Part shown: one piece after another, positions 15,392-25,270 of the stretch
Position numbering within the stretch: position 1 is the stretch's first letter
Layout: each line of letters begins with the position of its first letter
IMG/VR virus record: IMGVR_UViG_3300025913_000001
Span: 7,952-71,951 of that record
Length of the DNA: 64,000 bases
Direction: 5' to 3' (one strand)
From: a virus
Notes under the pieces: model-generated
Told to the model about the DNA's origin: nothing
What the model saw: only the letters and a program-made list of their open reading frames with translations
Databases searched by the model: none
Made by a program: the position numbers and the translations under genes

Positions 15392-17439
15392 TGGATGTTT
15401 CAGAACTATTAAAAATTAAGGGATTACAATTCATGCCAGTTCGTGAGGACAAACGTCCAATATTCGAAGAATGGCAGTTTACCAAAAGGGATTACGATTT
15501 TAAAGGTCACAAAGCCGTAGGATTAGTTTGTGGTAAAATATCTGGGAATGTTGAAGTAATAGACATCGATACTAAGTACGACCTTACAGGAAATTTATAC
15601 AAGGATTATAAAACATTAATAAAAACTCTTGACCCAACTTTACTTGAAAAACTTGTAGTCCAAAAAACACGGAGTGGTGGATTTCATTTTATTTATAGGT
15701 GTTCTTACATAGAGGGTAATTTAAAACTTGCTAATCGGTATACCACTGAGGACGAAAGGAAAAAAACCTATGAAGAATCATATAAAAAAGAATATGATAA
15801 ATTAATTTTAGACCAACACGAAATAGCAAATGCCGAAAGACAAGCCAGAGTAGTTGCTGAAAACTCTGCTAAAAATGATAAGATAAGAGTTTTACTCGAA
15901 ACAAGGGGTGATAGGGGTATGGTTGTATGTGATCCTACCCCCGGGTATAAAGTAATTTATGGTTCTTTTGATAAAATACAAACTATTACTCCCGAACAAA
16001 GATCAATACTTTTCAATGTAGCATTTGGATTTAACGAAGTTTTAAAGGAAGTTGTTCATAGAGAAGTTAAGCAACGAAAGCAAACCAAAGGTTTAACATC
16101 TATCGAAGATTACAATGAACGTGGCGATGTTGTCTCATTATTAGAAAATCATGGATGGGAAACAGTTGGGAGAAAAGGCCGTAAGATTTTAATGAAACGA
16201 CCTGGAGATACCAAAGCAACTCATTCCGGTAATTACGATGAAGAAAAACAATGGTTTAGTGTTTTTAGCACATCAACTCAATTTGAAGCACAAACTCCAT
16301 ACAAGCCTTATGCCGTATTTACTGTTCTTGAATTGGACGGTGATTTTCAAAAATGTCCAAAAGCTTTATATGATTTAGGGTATGGCGATAGAGAAGAAAC
16401 TATCAGGGATAACGATATACAAGTACCAAGTGTAATAGATACTTCTATTGAAGATTATTCATTTTTAGCCACGCCACAAGATTATGATGAATACTTAGGA
16501 CATTGGCGTAGCGGAACATTTCCAATGGGTGCTACTACTGGAATAGCTGAACTTGATAAGTTTTTCAGGTTTAAGAATGGTAATTTGGTTATTGTAAACG
16601 GTATTGATAATGTTGGTAAATCTACTGTAATTTGGTATTTAACTATGTTGTCAAGCCTGTATAACGGTTGGGATTGGCTAATATTTAGTTCTGAAAATGG
16701 AGTTGGTACAGTAGTAAGAAAATTGATTGAATTTTATTGGTGCGAACCTATTGCAACAATGAATGATATTAAATATAGAACTGCCAAGAAGTATATTGAA
16801 AGCAAGTTTGATTTTATTAAGTGTGGAGACAAACTTTATAACTATCAGGATATACTTAACATGGCAAAAATTGCCTTGAATAAGAGAAAATACAAGGGAA
16901 TGATGATAGACCCGTACAATTCGTTAAAAATGGATATACCCGCTAAATCAAGGCAACAAGGTTACGAGTATCACTATGAGGCAGCAAGCGTAATGCAATT
17001 GTTCGGAAAGCAAAATAACCTATCAATTTATTTGAATTGCCATGTAGGTACTGCCGGAGCAAGAAATAAAGATGATAGAGGATTTACTTTAGCCCCTCAG
17101 AAAGAAGATACTGAAATGGGTGTAATGTTTGCCAATAAAGCTGATGACTTCCTTACAGTACACCGTATAACTCAGGATGAGAACGAGTGGATGATGACAG
17201 AGATACACGTAAGAAAGATTAAGGAAACGGAGACAGGCGGGCGGGTTACACCTAAATTTAAGCCATTCAAAATGAAAATGATTAATGGACTGTCAGGGTT
17301 TGAATACTTTGATTATAATCCGGTATTGGAATGGCATAAGCGAAATAATTCAAAACAATCGTTAGTTGACTTTACAGAGCCAAAGAAAGAACTTGAACTA
17401 ACAATTAATCCAATAGATTCGGATGATATCCCCTTTTAA
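15391..17439 (+). CDS. Prim-Pol (AEP) primase fused to DnaB-like SF4 helicase
   Basis: VEVIDID, KTRSGGFH, ETRG primase motifs; GIDNVGKS Walker A, MIDPYN, KADDFLTVHR; ends DDIPF. Confidence 0.88.
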   Translation: MDVSELLKIKGLQFMPVREDKRPIFEEWQFTKRDYDFKGHKAVGLVCGKISGNVEVIDIDTKYDLTGNLYKDYKTLIKTLDPTLLEKLVVQKTRSGGFHFIYRCSYIEGNLKLANRYTTEDERKKTYEESYKKEYDKLILDQHEIANAERQARVVAENSAKNDKIRVLLETRGDRGMVVCDPTPGYKVIYGSFDKIQTITPEQRSILFNVAFGFNEVLKEVVHREVKQRKQTKGLTSIEDYNERGDVVSLLENHGWETVGRKGRKILMKRPGDTKATHSGNYDEEKQWFSVFSTSTQFEAQTPYKPYAVFTVLELDGDFQKCPKALYDLGYGDREETIRDNDIQVPSVIDTSIEDYSFLATPQDYDEYLGHWRSGTFPMGATTGIAELDKFFRFKNGNLVIVNGIDNVGKSTVIWYLTMLSSLYNGWDWLIFSSENGVGTVVRKLIEFYWCEPIATMNDIKYRTAKKYIESKFDFIKCGDKLYNYQDILNMAKIALNKRKYKGMMIDPYNSLKMDIPAKSRQQGYEYHYEAASVMQLFGKQNNLSIYLNCHVGTAGARNKDDRGFTLAPQKEDTEMGVMFANKADDFLTVHRITQDENEWMMTEIHVRKIKETETGGRVTPKFKPFKMKMINGLSGFEYFDYNPVLEWHKRNNSKQSLVDFTEPKKELELTINPIDSDDIPF

Positions 17440-17480
17440 CCAACACGAAACTTGCAGAGGAATTTTAAAAACCAAATGAA

Positions 17481-18077
17481 ATGAAAATTAAAGCACTAAG
17501 CTGGCTATTACACCACGGAAACAGATATGGTAAGAGCGAAAACTTTTATCGTATCAAAAAAGAAATACTTTTAAAGTATGGCAAATTAACAGGATATGAG
17601 TATCAATATATCGAAGGAAAATCGTGTTGGTCATGCGAGGGAACTGGAATTTACCACAAATACTATTTCTTCGATAAACGACCAACGAAAGAACAGTGTT
17701 GGAGTTGCGGGGGGAGTGGTCAGTACAAGCAAGAATGTTGGAATGCTTTGGCTATTTATAATTTTGGCAAGTACACGTTTCATGTGCCATACAATAGGCA
17801 GTTTACTAAACCCGCAGTAGGGCTAAAAGTATTCGAAGGTTATATTTCACACACGTCAAGTTATTGGAGTAGGTTTGCCCAAATAACAATTTTAGTTCTG
17901 TTTGATTTTAACGGTTACCGTAAGCGTTGGCGCACTCATTTAGGTTGGGGTTGGCGATCATGGGCATGGCGACCAGCGACGATACTAAACAACATTGCCT
18001 GGATTATAAAGCATCCGAGTAACCTGATACCAAAAATTAGTTTTAACAAAGAGATAAACGAAGATTTACCATTTTAA
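17481..18077 (+). CDS. Protein with DnaJ-type CxxCxGxG zinc finger
   Basis: CWSCEGTG and CWSCGGSG; ends EDLPF. Confidence 0.65.
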   Translation: MKIKALSWLLHHGNRYGKSENFYRIKKEILLKYGKLTGYEYQYIEGKSCWSCEGTGIYHKYYFFDKRPTKEQCWSCGGSGQYKQECWNALAIYNFGKYTFHVPYNRQFTKPAVGLKVFEGYISHTSSYWSRFAQITILVLFDFNGYRKRWRTHLGWGWRSWAWRPATILNNIAWIIKHPSNLIPKISFNKEINEDLPF

Positions 18078-18099
18078 CCCAAGCGGAGGAAAATTGAAG

Positions 18100-18408
18100 A
18101 TGAAAAAAGAAGAATGTGAAAATTGCAATGGATATGGAATTATAATTGGTTCTTATGATCGAACATTATGTGAAGATTGTAATGGTAGTGGATTTAAAAA
18201 GATGCCTGTAACCATAACAGCAGATGGTAAACATGTAAATTATCCTGAAAATAAAGTGTGGTTTACTGTAAAAGATATGGAAGCATCTTTTGAGGCTGGT
18301 ATTAATTATTCAAATGATTGTTGCTGTGGTTTATGCGATTATTGTGCACAAAAATCAAACAATGAATCTGAATTTAACGAATGGATTAAACTTTATACTA
18401 AACCATGA
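18100..18408 (+). CDS. Small CxxCxGxG zinc-finger protein
   Basis: CENCNGYG, CEDCNGSG. Confidence 0.6.
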   Translation: MKKEECENCNGYGIIIGSYDRTLCEDCNGSGFKKMPVTITADGKHVNYPENKVWFTVKDMEASFEAGINYSNDCCCGLCDYCAQKSNNESEFNEWIKLYTKP

Positions 18409-18660
18409 AAGACTTCCTAACCATAAAAATAAAAGAATTACAATGGGCTAAAGCGAACAACCGCCCGACCTTAGTCAATATTTTACAAGAGTGTATTAAC
18501 CAATTTAGTGGACACCAATTAAAAATGTTTTAATGACAAATAAAGTAGATACTGAAAAGCATTTAGCAAATATAAAACGTATTCAAAAAGAGTTAGCACT
18601 CCAACACGCTAAAGATAAAGAGGCCGATTATGTTAGCAAAATGAATAAACGCAAAAACAA

Positions 18661-19422
18661 ATGATAGAACTCAACAAGATATATTTCATGAATTGTTTGG
18701 ATGGCATGGAGTTAATAGATGACGAAATTATTGATTTGATATGCTGTGATTTGCCTTATGGAACAACAAATAATGATTGGGATGTAGTAATTCCTTTTGC
18801 ACCACTTTGGAAGCACTATGAACGCATTATAAAACCTCGAGGCATTATTGTTCTAACAGCTGCGCAACCGTTCGCTACGGACTTAATTATGAGTAATAGG
18901 AAATTGTTTAAGTATGATCTGATTTGGTATAAACCTTTAGGGACTGGCTTTTTAAACGCTAAGAAGCAACCCATGCGAAATCACGAATATATTTTAGTGT
19001 TCTACAAAAATCACGGCACATACAATCCGCAAATGGGCGTAGGTAAACGAAAGTATGGGATGCGAAAGAATGATAGGAACGGCGGATGCTATAACGATTT
19101 TAATAATAACAGAATTGAGAAGTTTGATGATAAGGGTTTAAGGTATCCACAATCTGTAATTGATATAACCAATGGCGACCGAACTAAAGAAAATGACCAC
19201 TCAACACAAAAGCCAATTGATTTTATCAGGTATTTAATAAAAACATACTCTAATGAAGGCGATTTGGTATTAGACAACTGCATGGGCAGTGGAACTACGG
19301 CTGCAGCCTGCATTATGGAAAATAGAAACTTTATAGGCTTTGAAAATAAGTTAAAATATTATGAGCAAAGTTTAAAGAGGCTTGAATTGTTAAACTCTAA
19401 ACCACAACTATTCGCATGCTAA
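18661..19422 (+). CDS. N6-adenine/N4-cytosine DNA methyltransferase (beta class), orphan
   Basis: DLPYG, HSTQKP, VLDNCMGSGTT. Confidence 0.92.
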   Translation: MIELNKIYFMNCLDGMELIDDEIIDLICCDLPYGTTNNDWDVVIPFAPLWKHYERIIKPRGIIVLTAAQPFATDLIMSNRKLFKYDLIWYKPLGTGFLNAKKQPMRNHEYILVFYKNHGTYNPQMGVGKRKYGMRKNDRNGGCYNDFNNNRIEKFDDKGLRYPQSVIDITNGDRTKENDHSTQKPIDFIRYLIKTYSNEGDLVLDNCMGSGTTAAACIMENRNFIGFENKLKYYEQSLKRLELLNSKPQLFAC

Positions 19423-19727
19423 CCGCCGACCCATTCAACTCACGCATGGAAGCCTTTCTGGAAAGGATACAAGAGGACAGACCTGCGAAGATACCACCGT
19501 TGTCGGAAGCAGACCTGAAACGCTTCATAGACTACGTTGACTTGCGATTCGGTTATGATGTGGATACAGCCACAAGCACAGTTCGCAAACGTAAGCCAGT
19601 TTTAGGCTTTCAGAACGATTTATTTATGTACGCTGAACAATGTGTAGGGGAATATGAGATAAAGGCTCATAGGGGCTATAAAGAAGCGTGGCGTAATGGG
19701 ATATGCGTGGCGATAAAAACAATTTAA
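19416..19727 (+). CDS. Hypothetical protein
   Basis: ORF track; overlap with the methylase. Confidence 0.55.
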   Translation: MLTADPFNSRMEAFLERIQEDRPAKIPPLSEADLKRFIDYVDLRFGYDVDTATSTVRKRKPVLGFQNDLFMYAEQCVGEYEIKAHRGYKEAWRNGICVAIKTI

Positions 19728-19737
19728 AAATAAAAAT

Positions 19738-20016
19738 ATGGAAACAACATTTAAAGTTTGGGAAACATCTGCAATTAACTTAAGTAATTGGCAAGTATAT
19801 GTTCATTGTGAATTTATGCTAAATGGCAAAATAAAAAGATTAACTAAGTCATTAGAAAGCGGGGGTGTATTTAGAAAAACAGGTAATATAAACCGTGATA
19901 GGGTTGAAGAAACGTTTTGGGTTGAAAAACATGAATTATCAGAAATAAAACCTTGGATAGAAAGCGATAAGATAGATATACTTGAAGATGCAAAATCTAT
20001 GCTAAACGAGGTGTAA
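19738..20016 (+). CDS. Hypothetical protein
   Basis: ORF track. Confidence 0.55.
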   Translation: METTFKVWETSAINLSNWQVYVHCEFMLNGKIKRLTKSLESGGVFRKTGNINRDRVEETFWVEKHELSEIKPWIESDKIDILEDAKSMLNEV

Positions 20017-20070
20017 AAATAAAATTTGCTTTTGTCATAAATTGTTGTGTAATTTTATAAAAAAAATAAA

Positions 20071-20319
20071 ATGGCAAAGAAAGTAGTCATACAAACAGAA
20101 GAAATTGAACTAATTGGTTCTGATGAAATCATACCCGACAAGCACGTTATATCCGATGGCGATATTGAAAACTATCCCGAACTTACTGAACAGGGAGTAA
20201 AAAGCGGTGATGGGGTTGAATACGATTCGCTATATGTAAATAAATCACTAACTGCAGATGGGCAATCTGTAACACAGATACCTTGGCCCATAAACGTTTC
20301 GGCAAAAGCAATTAATTAA
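20071..20319 (+). CDS. Small acidic hypothetical protein
   Basis: DIENYPELTEQGVKSGD; followed by terminator-like hairpin CCCCTTATC/GGTAAGGGG. Confidence 0.65.
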   Translation: MAKKVVIQTEEIELIGSDEIIPDKHVISDGDIENYPELTEQGVKSGDGVEYDSLYVNKSLTADGQSVTQIPWPINVSAKAIN

Positions 20320-20369
20320 CTGTTCGTCCCCCTTATCAAATTGGTAAGGGGGTTTATAATTTTAAGACA

Positions 20370-20528
20370 ATGGCAAAAGTTAAACACATAGGATTTAAGG
20401 GCGCTCAGAAAAAAGTGGAAAGTGAAGGTTATTCAAAAAAAGTTGCCGGAGCAATCATAGCTAATGCAAGTCGTAAAGCCAGTCCAGCGGCAAAAAAAGT
20501 TAATAGTCACTTAAAAAAAGTAAAATGA
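20370..20528 (+). CDS. Small basic K/A-rich protein (52 aa)
   Basis: Manual translation MAKVKHIGFKGAQKKVESEGYSKKVAGAIIANASRKASPAAKKVNSHLKKVK; ATGA overlap with the next gene. Confidence 0.7.
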   Translation: MAKVKHIGFKGAQKKVESEGYSKKVAGAIIANASRKASPAAKKVNSHLKKVK

Positions 20529-20908
20529 CCATTAGCCAGAACTCAAATTATGTATTGGAGCATCCGTACTTAAAAGCGGCTGTTAACTCATTCTTATCTG
20601 GCGACCACAAACAACTCAAATTTATCCTCGATTCCTTACAAGAGGATATGTATCATAAAATGTTACCGCTATGCGCCAAAGCATACAAGGCTAACAAGAA
20701 AGAAAACTATCCGCAGGTAGAGCAAGCAATCCTCGAAGTATCGCCACCCGATAGACTAAACATCCAATTACCAATTCCGCTACCAACTATCGAATGTAAG
20801 ATAGTCCCCATGATAAAGCATAAAAAAAGCAGAACTGTTGTAAACGCAAAGGGACAGCTTGAATTTGACTTTGACGAAAAAAGGCAACTCTCTCGAATTG
20901 CCAATTAA
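20525..20908 (+). CDS. Hypothetical protein
   Basis: ORF track. Confidence 0.6.
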   Translation: MTISQNSNYVLEHPYLKAAVNSFLSGDHKQLKFILDSLQEDMYHKMLPLCAKAYKANKKENYPQVEQAILEVSPPDRLNIQLPIPLPTIECKIVPMIKHKKSRTVVNAKGQLEFDFDEKRQLSRIAN

Positions 20909-20933
20909 ATAATTTCAATAAGATACCACTAAA

Positions 20934-21203
20934 TTAAGCTACAACCAAAGTGTTTAACTGTGCGCCGGTTTGTGCAGTATAAATTGTTGCTGTTTTCCAT
21001 TGATTGTCTACATGATATTGGATGTAAAGAAAACCAGCAGGAACAGGACCACCAGGATATGAAGCAGGAACGCCAACAGCGTCACCATAATCAACTATAG
21101 TTGAAGTCATACGGTAACGTGCTAATGATGGTGATTGAGCGGTGTACTGAGTAGGTGTAGCCGCAGTGCTACCTACTTGGGTAATAAGAATTGAAAGTGC
21201 CAT
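20934..21203 (-). CDS. Lone antisense gene, possible capsid decoration protein
   Basis: T/A/G/V/P-rich 89 aa; own TACATTTG element on the minus strand at 21248-21255. Confidence 0.6.
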   Translation of the reverse strand: MALSILITQVGSTAATPTQYTAQSPSLARYRMTSTIVDYGDAVGVPASYPGGPVPAGFLYIQYHVDNQWKTATIYTAQTGAQLNTLVVA

Positions 21204-21299
21204 TTTGCTTTAATTTGCTTTTTATGAGATAAATTTGTTAATTAGTTCAAATGTAAAAAAACAAACATTTGGTTTTTAATGATATAGTTTTTAGATTTA

Positions 21300-21410
21300 C
21301 ATCAGCGATACGATAAAATATGAACATAGAAAACACTAAAAAATTTCCCGCACCTATAAAATGTTCATTAAGTATCGCTGCTCAATCTTCATTTTGGTGC
21401 GGGATTAATT
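21300..21410 (+). promoter_or_regulatory. Structured leader of the glycosylation operon
   Basis: CAGCGATAC (21303-21311) complementary to GTATCGCTG (21372-21380) in the loop of hairpin TCCCGCACC/GGTGCGGGA. Confidence 0.5.
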
Positions 21411-21417
21411 ATTTGGC

Positions 21418-21624
21418 ATGAGCATATTTTCACTATTTAAGAAAAAAGTACGTGAGCCGTATAAAAAAGTTGACCTAACTGAAAGTGATTTTATTAAGCG
21501 TCAGGTTATGTTTGTCAAACGAATAAGGTTTGAGAACTCATTGTATGAATTTTCACAAAGCAATATTGTCGCTATCAATCAAATGAAGATAGAGGCTATG
21601 GAAGGGTTCTTTGGATTATGTTAA
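21418..21624 (+). CDS. Hypothetical protein
   Basis: ORF track; overlaps the GT2 start. Confidence 0.5.
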   Translation: MSIFSLFKKKVREPYKKVDLTESDFIKRQVMFVKRIRFENSLYEFSQSNIVAINQMKIEAMEGFFGLC

Positions 21625-22382
21625 TCGTAATGGCTGTTCACGATACAGAACAAAATGATAGATCTAAGTATACCAAAGAGTGTTTAAATAGTTTTTTAGA
21701 TACTGTTGATTTAGACAAACATCGACTTTTTATTTCAGATAATGGAAGCTGTTCCGAAACGCAAGAGATATATACTGATTTTTTAAACAAAGCAAAGTAT
21801 AATAAAAACATCACTTTTAGTTTTAATGGCATCAATCTTGGAACAGCTAATGCCATTAATTTAGGTATAAAAACAAGGCAGTTCAAGGAGCATGTTTGTA
21901 AGGCAGATAACGATGTTTTTTGGCACAATAGTAGTTGGGCAGACCAAATTGAATACGTATTTCGGGACTACGAAAACGTAGGGGTATGCGGATTAAAAAG
22001 AGAAGATGTTTGGCAAAATACGGAACATGAAAATCCATTGTACCGTACATTTATGGATGGGCGTATTGAAGTATGCGATGATATAATAGGAACTTGTACA
22101 GGATTAAACTACAGACTTCTTGATAAAGTAGGATATTTTAATCAGCCAAGTGGAAAATATGGCGGTGACGATGTACTTATGTCAGCCCGTTCTATATCTT
22201 CTGGTTTTAAAAACTGTTTCTTACCTCATATTAAGATTACTCATTTAGATGATGGACAAAACCCATATTGTGATTGGAAGAAAAAAGAAGCAGGATTTTA
22301 CCTTCAAGAAATTGGTATGATGGTAGAAATGTATAAGAATGGACGATTAAACACATATTACGACGGAGGATTTAATGACTAA
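21618..22382 (+). CDS. GT-A fold (family 2-like) glycosyltransferase
   Basis: ISDNGS, NLGTANAINLG, KADND DxD motif, VGYF...YGGDD. Confidence 0.85.
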   Translation: MLIVMAVHDTEQNDRSKYTKECLNSFLDTVDLDKHRLFISDNGSCSETQEIYTDFLNKAKYNKNITFSFNGINLGTANAINLGIKTRQFKEHVCKADNDVFWHNSSWADQIEYVFRDYENVGVCGLKREDVWQNTEHENPLYRTFMDGRIEVCDDIIGTCTGLNYRLLDKVGYFNQPSGKYGGDDVLMSARSISSGFKNCFLPHIKITHLDDGQNPYCDWKKKEAGFYLQEIGMMVEMYKNGRLNTYYDGGFND

Positions 22383-23013
22383 ATTAATTACGGTATGTAG
22401 CGACCAAACAGCGATTGGAATACAACAGCTTTTTAAATCACTCAATAAATTTGAGTGGGATGCAGATGTTTTGGTTACAGAGTGGAAAGGCTTTGGAACT
22501 AAACTATTAACCGTTTATCAATATCTTAAAGACCATCCCGAAGTAGATTCATTCTTTTTTTGTGATGCTTACGATGTAGTGGTTTTGTCTACAATGGAAG
22601 AGGCTATGTCAAAATTAAATACAAATGTAATTACCTTTTCTGGTGAAAAAAACTGTTGGCCTGACAAGGCGATGGAAGCGTATTACGATACTCCAGGAAA
22701 AACAGAATGGTGTTTTCTGAATAGTGGATTATATTTTGCTCCAAGCGAATTATTTATTTCTTTGTTTGACTACAACATGCCCACATTAGACAGCGATGAC
22801 CAGCTATGGGCAACTACACAACTGATATTTAATCCTAATAGTAAAATAGTTTTGGATGTTAACTGCAAGGTTTTTCAAAGTTATTCATTCATATCAAATG
22901 ATGACTTTGGATATGAAAACAACCGTCTACAAAATTTAAAAACAGGAGAACAACCAGTATTTGCTCATGGAAATGGACGTACAGATTTATCTAAGGTTTA
23001 CGATTTATTATGA
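22375..23013 (+). CDS. PLOD/procollagen-glycosyltransferase-like GT domain protein
   Basis: FFFCDAYDV, FSGEKNCWPD, FLNSGLY, DDQLW, LDVNCKVFQ, HGNG. Confidence 0.85.
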   Translation: MTKLITVCSDQTAIGIQQLFKSLNKFEWDADVLVTEWKGFGTKLLTVYQYLKDHPEVDSFFFCDAYDVVVLSTMEEAMSKLNTNVITFSGEKNCWPDKAMEAYYDTPGKTEWCFLNSGLYFAPSELFISLFDYNMPTLDSDDQLWATTQLIFNPNSKIVLDVNCKVFQSYSFISNDDFGYENNRLQNLKTGEQPVFAHGNGRTDLSKVYDLL

Positions 23014-23714
23014 GTATAGACCTATATAAACAACATTGGATTGACAAACCCACAAGGCATGAAGCAGTAAATACTATGTTTGCTGCTAATGTCAATGAAA
23101 ACCAATTGCTAAAGTCTCATCGTGATTTTGTAGAACAAAATGCCTTCGGGTTTGGAGAACGTAGTTTTCACTGGCTTTGGAAAATTATTATAGATGAAAT
23201 GCCGAAATCATTTTCATTTTTAGAAATAGGAGTTTTTAGGGGGCAAATTCTTTCATTAGTTGAATTATTAGCCAAAGAAAGTGGAAAAGAAGCTAAAAGA
23301 TATGGTGTATCTCCGTTAGACAGTTCTGATGGGCATTGGGATAGTGACTACGCTAAAGATATAGAAATTATTCACGATCGGTTTGGTTTGGCTAAAGACT
23401 ATACCATTTATCATGGATTAAGCATCAACTCAGAAATAATAAAGCAAGCAAAATCTACAGCGCCATACGATATTGTTTACCTTGACGGGGGGCATACCTA
23501 CGAAGTCGTTACAAGCGATTTAAAGCACTATCCTGATATGGTTAAGGTTGGTGGCTTATTTATAGTCGACGATAGCTGTAATAACATGAAAATGCCGTGG
23601 GGTTTTTTTCAAGGCATTGAGGACGTAACGAAAGCAACATTAGAGTGGGAAAACAGTCAGTTTGAATTTCAGTTTAATGTTGTTCATAATCGAGTTTATA
23701 AAAGAGTAGCATGA
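23010..23714 (+). CDS. Class I SAM methyltransferase (Methyltransf_24-like)
   Basis: FLEIGVFRG, YDIVYLDGGHTYE, VKVGGLFIVDD. Confidence 0.85.
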   Translation: MSIDLYKQHWIDKPTRHEAVNTMFAANVNENQLLKSHRDFVEQNAFGFGERSFHWLWKIIIDEMPKSFSFLEIGVFRGQILSLVELLAKESGKEAKRYGVSPLDSSDGHWDSDYAKDIEIIHDRFGLAKDYTIYHGLSINSEIIKQAKSTAPYDIVYLDGGHTYEVVTSDLKHYPDMVKVGGLFIVDDSCNNMKMPWGFFQGIEDVTKATLEWENSQFEFQFNVVHNRVYKRVA

Positions 23715-24679
23715 AGAAAATCATATACATGACCCAATGGGATGACGACGGAACTTATTTCTATCGATTGGCACCCCTTACATTTATTAAACACGAAAAT
23801 ATTACAATTGAAAGGATACCCTATCATGGCAATATTACGTGGTCTACCCTATTGGGATATGATACCTTAATTTTAGAACGCCCATCAGGTCAGCATGACT
23901 TAAACCTTATTAAATTGGCTAAACAATGCGGACTAAAGATTATTACCGATTGGGATGATGATGTTTTACATATTGATGAATATAACCCAATGTACGCGCA
24001 TTATGAAACTGCAAAATCAATTGTTATTGAGTGTTTGCTGTTATCCGATGATGTTTGGGTATCTACTGTTGGATTAAAGAAGTCATTTGGCTTTTATAAT
24101 GGCAATATACGGGTTATACCGAACGCTCATAACGATTACTTGTTTCCTGTAGCCAATAAAAAGCAATTCAATATAGAGAGTAAAAAAGCTATTTGGAGAG
24201 GCGGTCAAAGCCATGAAGCAGATGTGTATGGGGTTGCAGATAGCTTAGTTAAAACTATCAATGACAACACCGATTGGATGTTTCAGTTTGTTGGTGCAAG
24301 ATTTATTTATATGGAGCAGAGATGTGGAAACAACTATCAACCTGTTTCCATGATGCCGTTAATGCAGTATTTCGGGTATTTGTATAAGGAGAACCCCAAT
24401 ATCGTATTTCACCCTTTATCTAATACTAAATTTAACGAGAGTAAAAGCAATATCAGTTTTATTGAGGCTACGTATAGCGGGGGTGTGTTTTTTGGAAACA
24501 CAACCTTACAAGAATTTTCTGGAGTAGGTATAATGCCGTTTGACTATATATCAGAATATGTGGAAAAAGATAGGATATTGGCATTGCAAAAAGCAAATGA
24601 AATAGGGTGGAAACACATAAAAGATAATTTGCTATTATCAAACATTAATCAAAAACGCATAGAAAGGCTATTGGCATGA
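23711..24679 (+). CDS. GT-B fold glycosyltransferase-like protein
   Basis: FYRLAP, DWDDD, VWVST, VIPNA, IWRGGQSHEAD, PLSNTKFNESKSNISFIE. Confidence 0.75.
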   Translation: MKKIIYMTQWDDDGTYFYRLAPLTFIKHENITIERIPYHGNITWSTLLGYDTLILERPSGQHDLNLIKLAKQCGLKIITDWDDDVLHIDEYNPMYAHYETAKSIVIECLLLSDDVWVSTVGLKKSFGFYNGNIRVIPNAHNDYLFPVANKKQFNIESKKAIWRGGQSHEADVYGVADSLVKTINDNTDWMFQFVGARFIYMEQRCGNNYQPVSMMPLMQYFGYLYKENPNIVFHPLSNTKFNESKSNISFIEATYSGGVFFGNTTLQEFSGVGIMPFDYISEYVEKDRILALQKANEIGWKHIKDNLLLSNINQKRIERLLA

Positions 24680-25266
24680 AGTTAATCGGAAATGTATTAG
24701 GGGTAGAATTTGACAAGGCACATAATAAAGTGTTATCAGTTGGACTAAATGGTCTTGATATTATAAGGGCAGATTTATGGATAGCAAGAGAGGACGATGG
24801 ATTTCAGGGTTCTCAATTTTCTGAAAATACCAATTATCTCGAAACACTACCTCAGATATGCACAGTTAAGCACCCAAGTGTCAATCACCCATACAAAGAG
24901 GGTGACAAGCTATTTGTACATTACATGGCTAAAGAGTGTGCCGAACGTGTTGATGACTACGAAGTCATTGATGCGGACTTTATTTTATTTCAAATAATGC
25001 CCGATGAAACGTTTGACATGGTTGATCGAACTTACTTAGGAGAACAAGTGTACACCGAAGAGGAAATAACTCCATCAGGCATCATTGTAAGCGATAGGAA
25101 GAAAGACGGGATGAAAGTAGTGATAACACACGTTCCACGCAGGGCTGCTGTTAAAATAGGTCAAACAGTCATTACCATTGACGATAAGAATTACGAGATA
25201 AACTATAAAGGTAAACGCTATATCAAATTAGTAGAACACGAAATTGTAGGTGTAGTAATCAATTAA
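24676..25266 (+). CDS. GroES-like co-chaperonin (tandem GroES-like folds)
   Basis: EEITPSGIIV mobile-loop-like motif, VKIGQTV, YEINYKGKRY...EHEIVGV; lies ahead of the terminase. Confidence 0.6.
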   Translation: MKLIGNVLGVEFDKAHNKVLSVGLNGLDIIRADLWIAREDDGFQGSQFSENTNYLETLPQICTVKHPSVNHPYKEGDKLFVHYMAKECAERVDDYEVIDADFILFQIMPDETFDMVDRTYLGEQVYTEEEITPSGIIVSDRKKDGMKVVITHVPRRAAVKIGQTVITIDDKNYEINYKGKRYIKLVEHEIVGVVIN

Positions 25267-25270
25267 ACTT

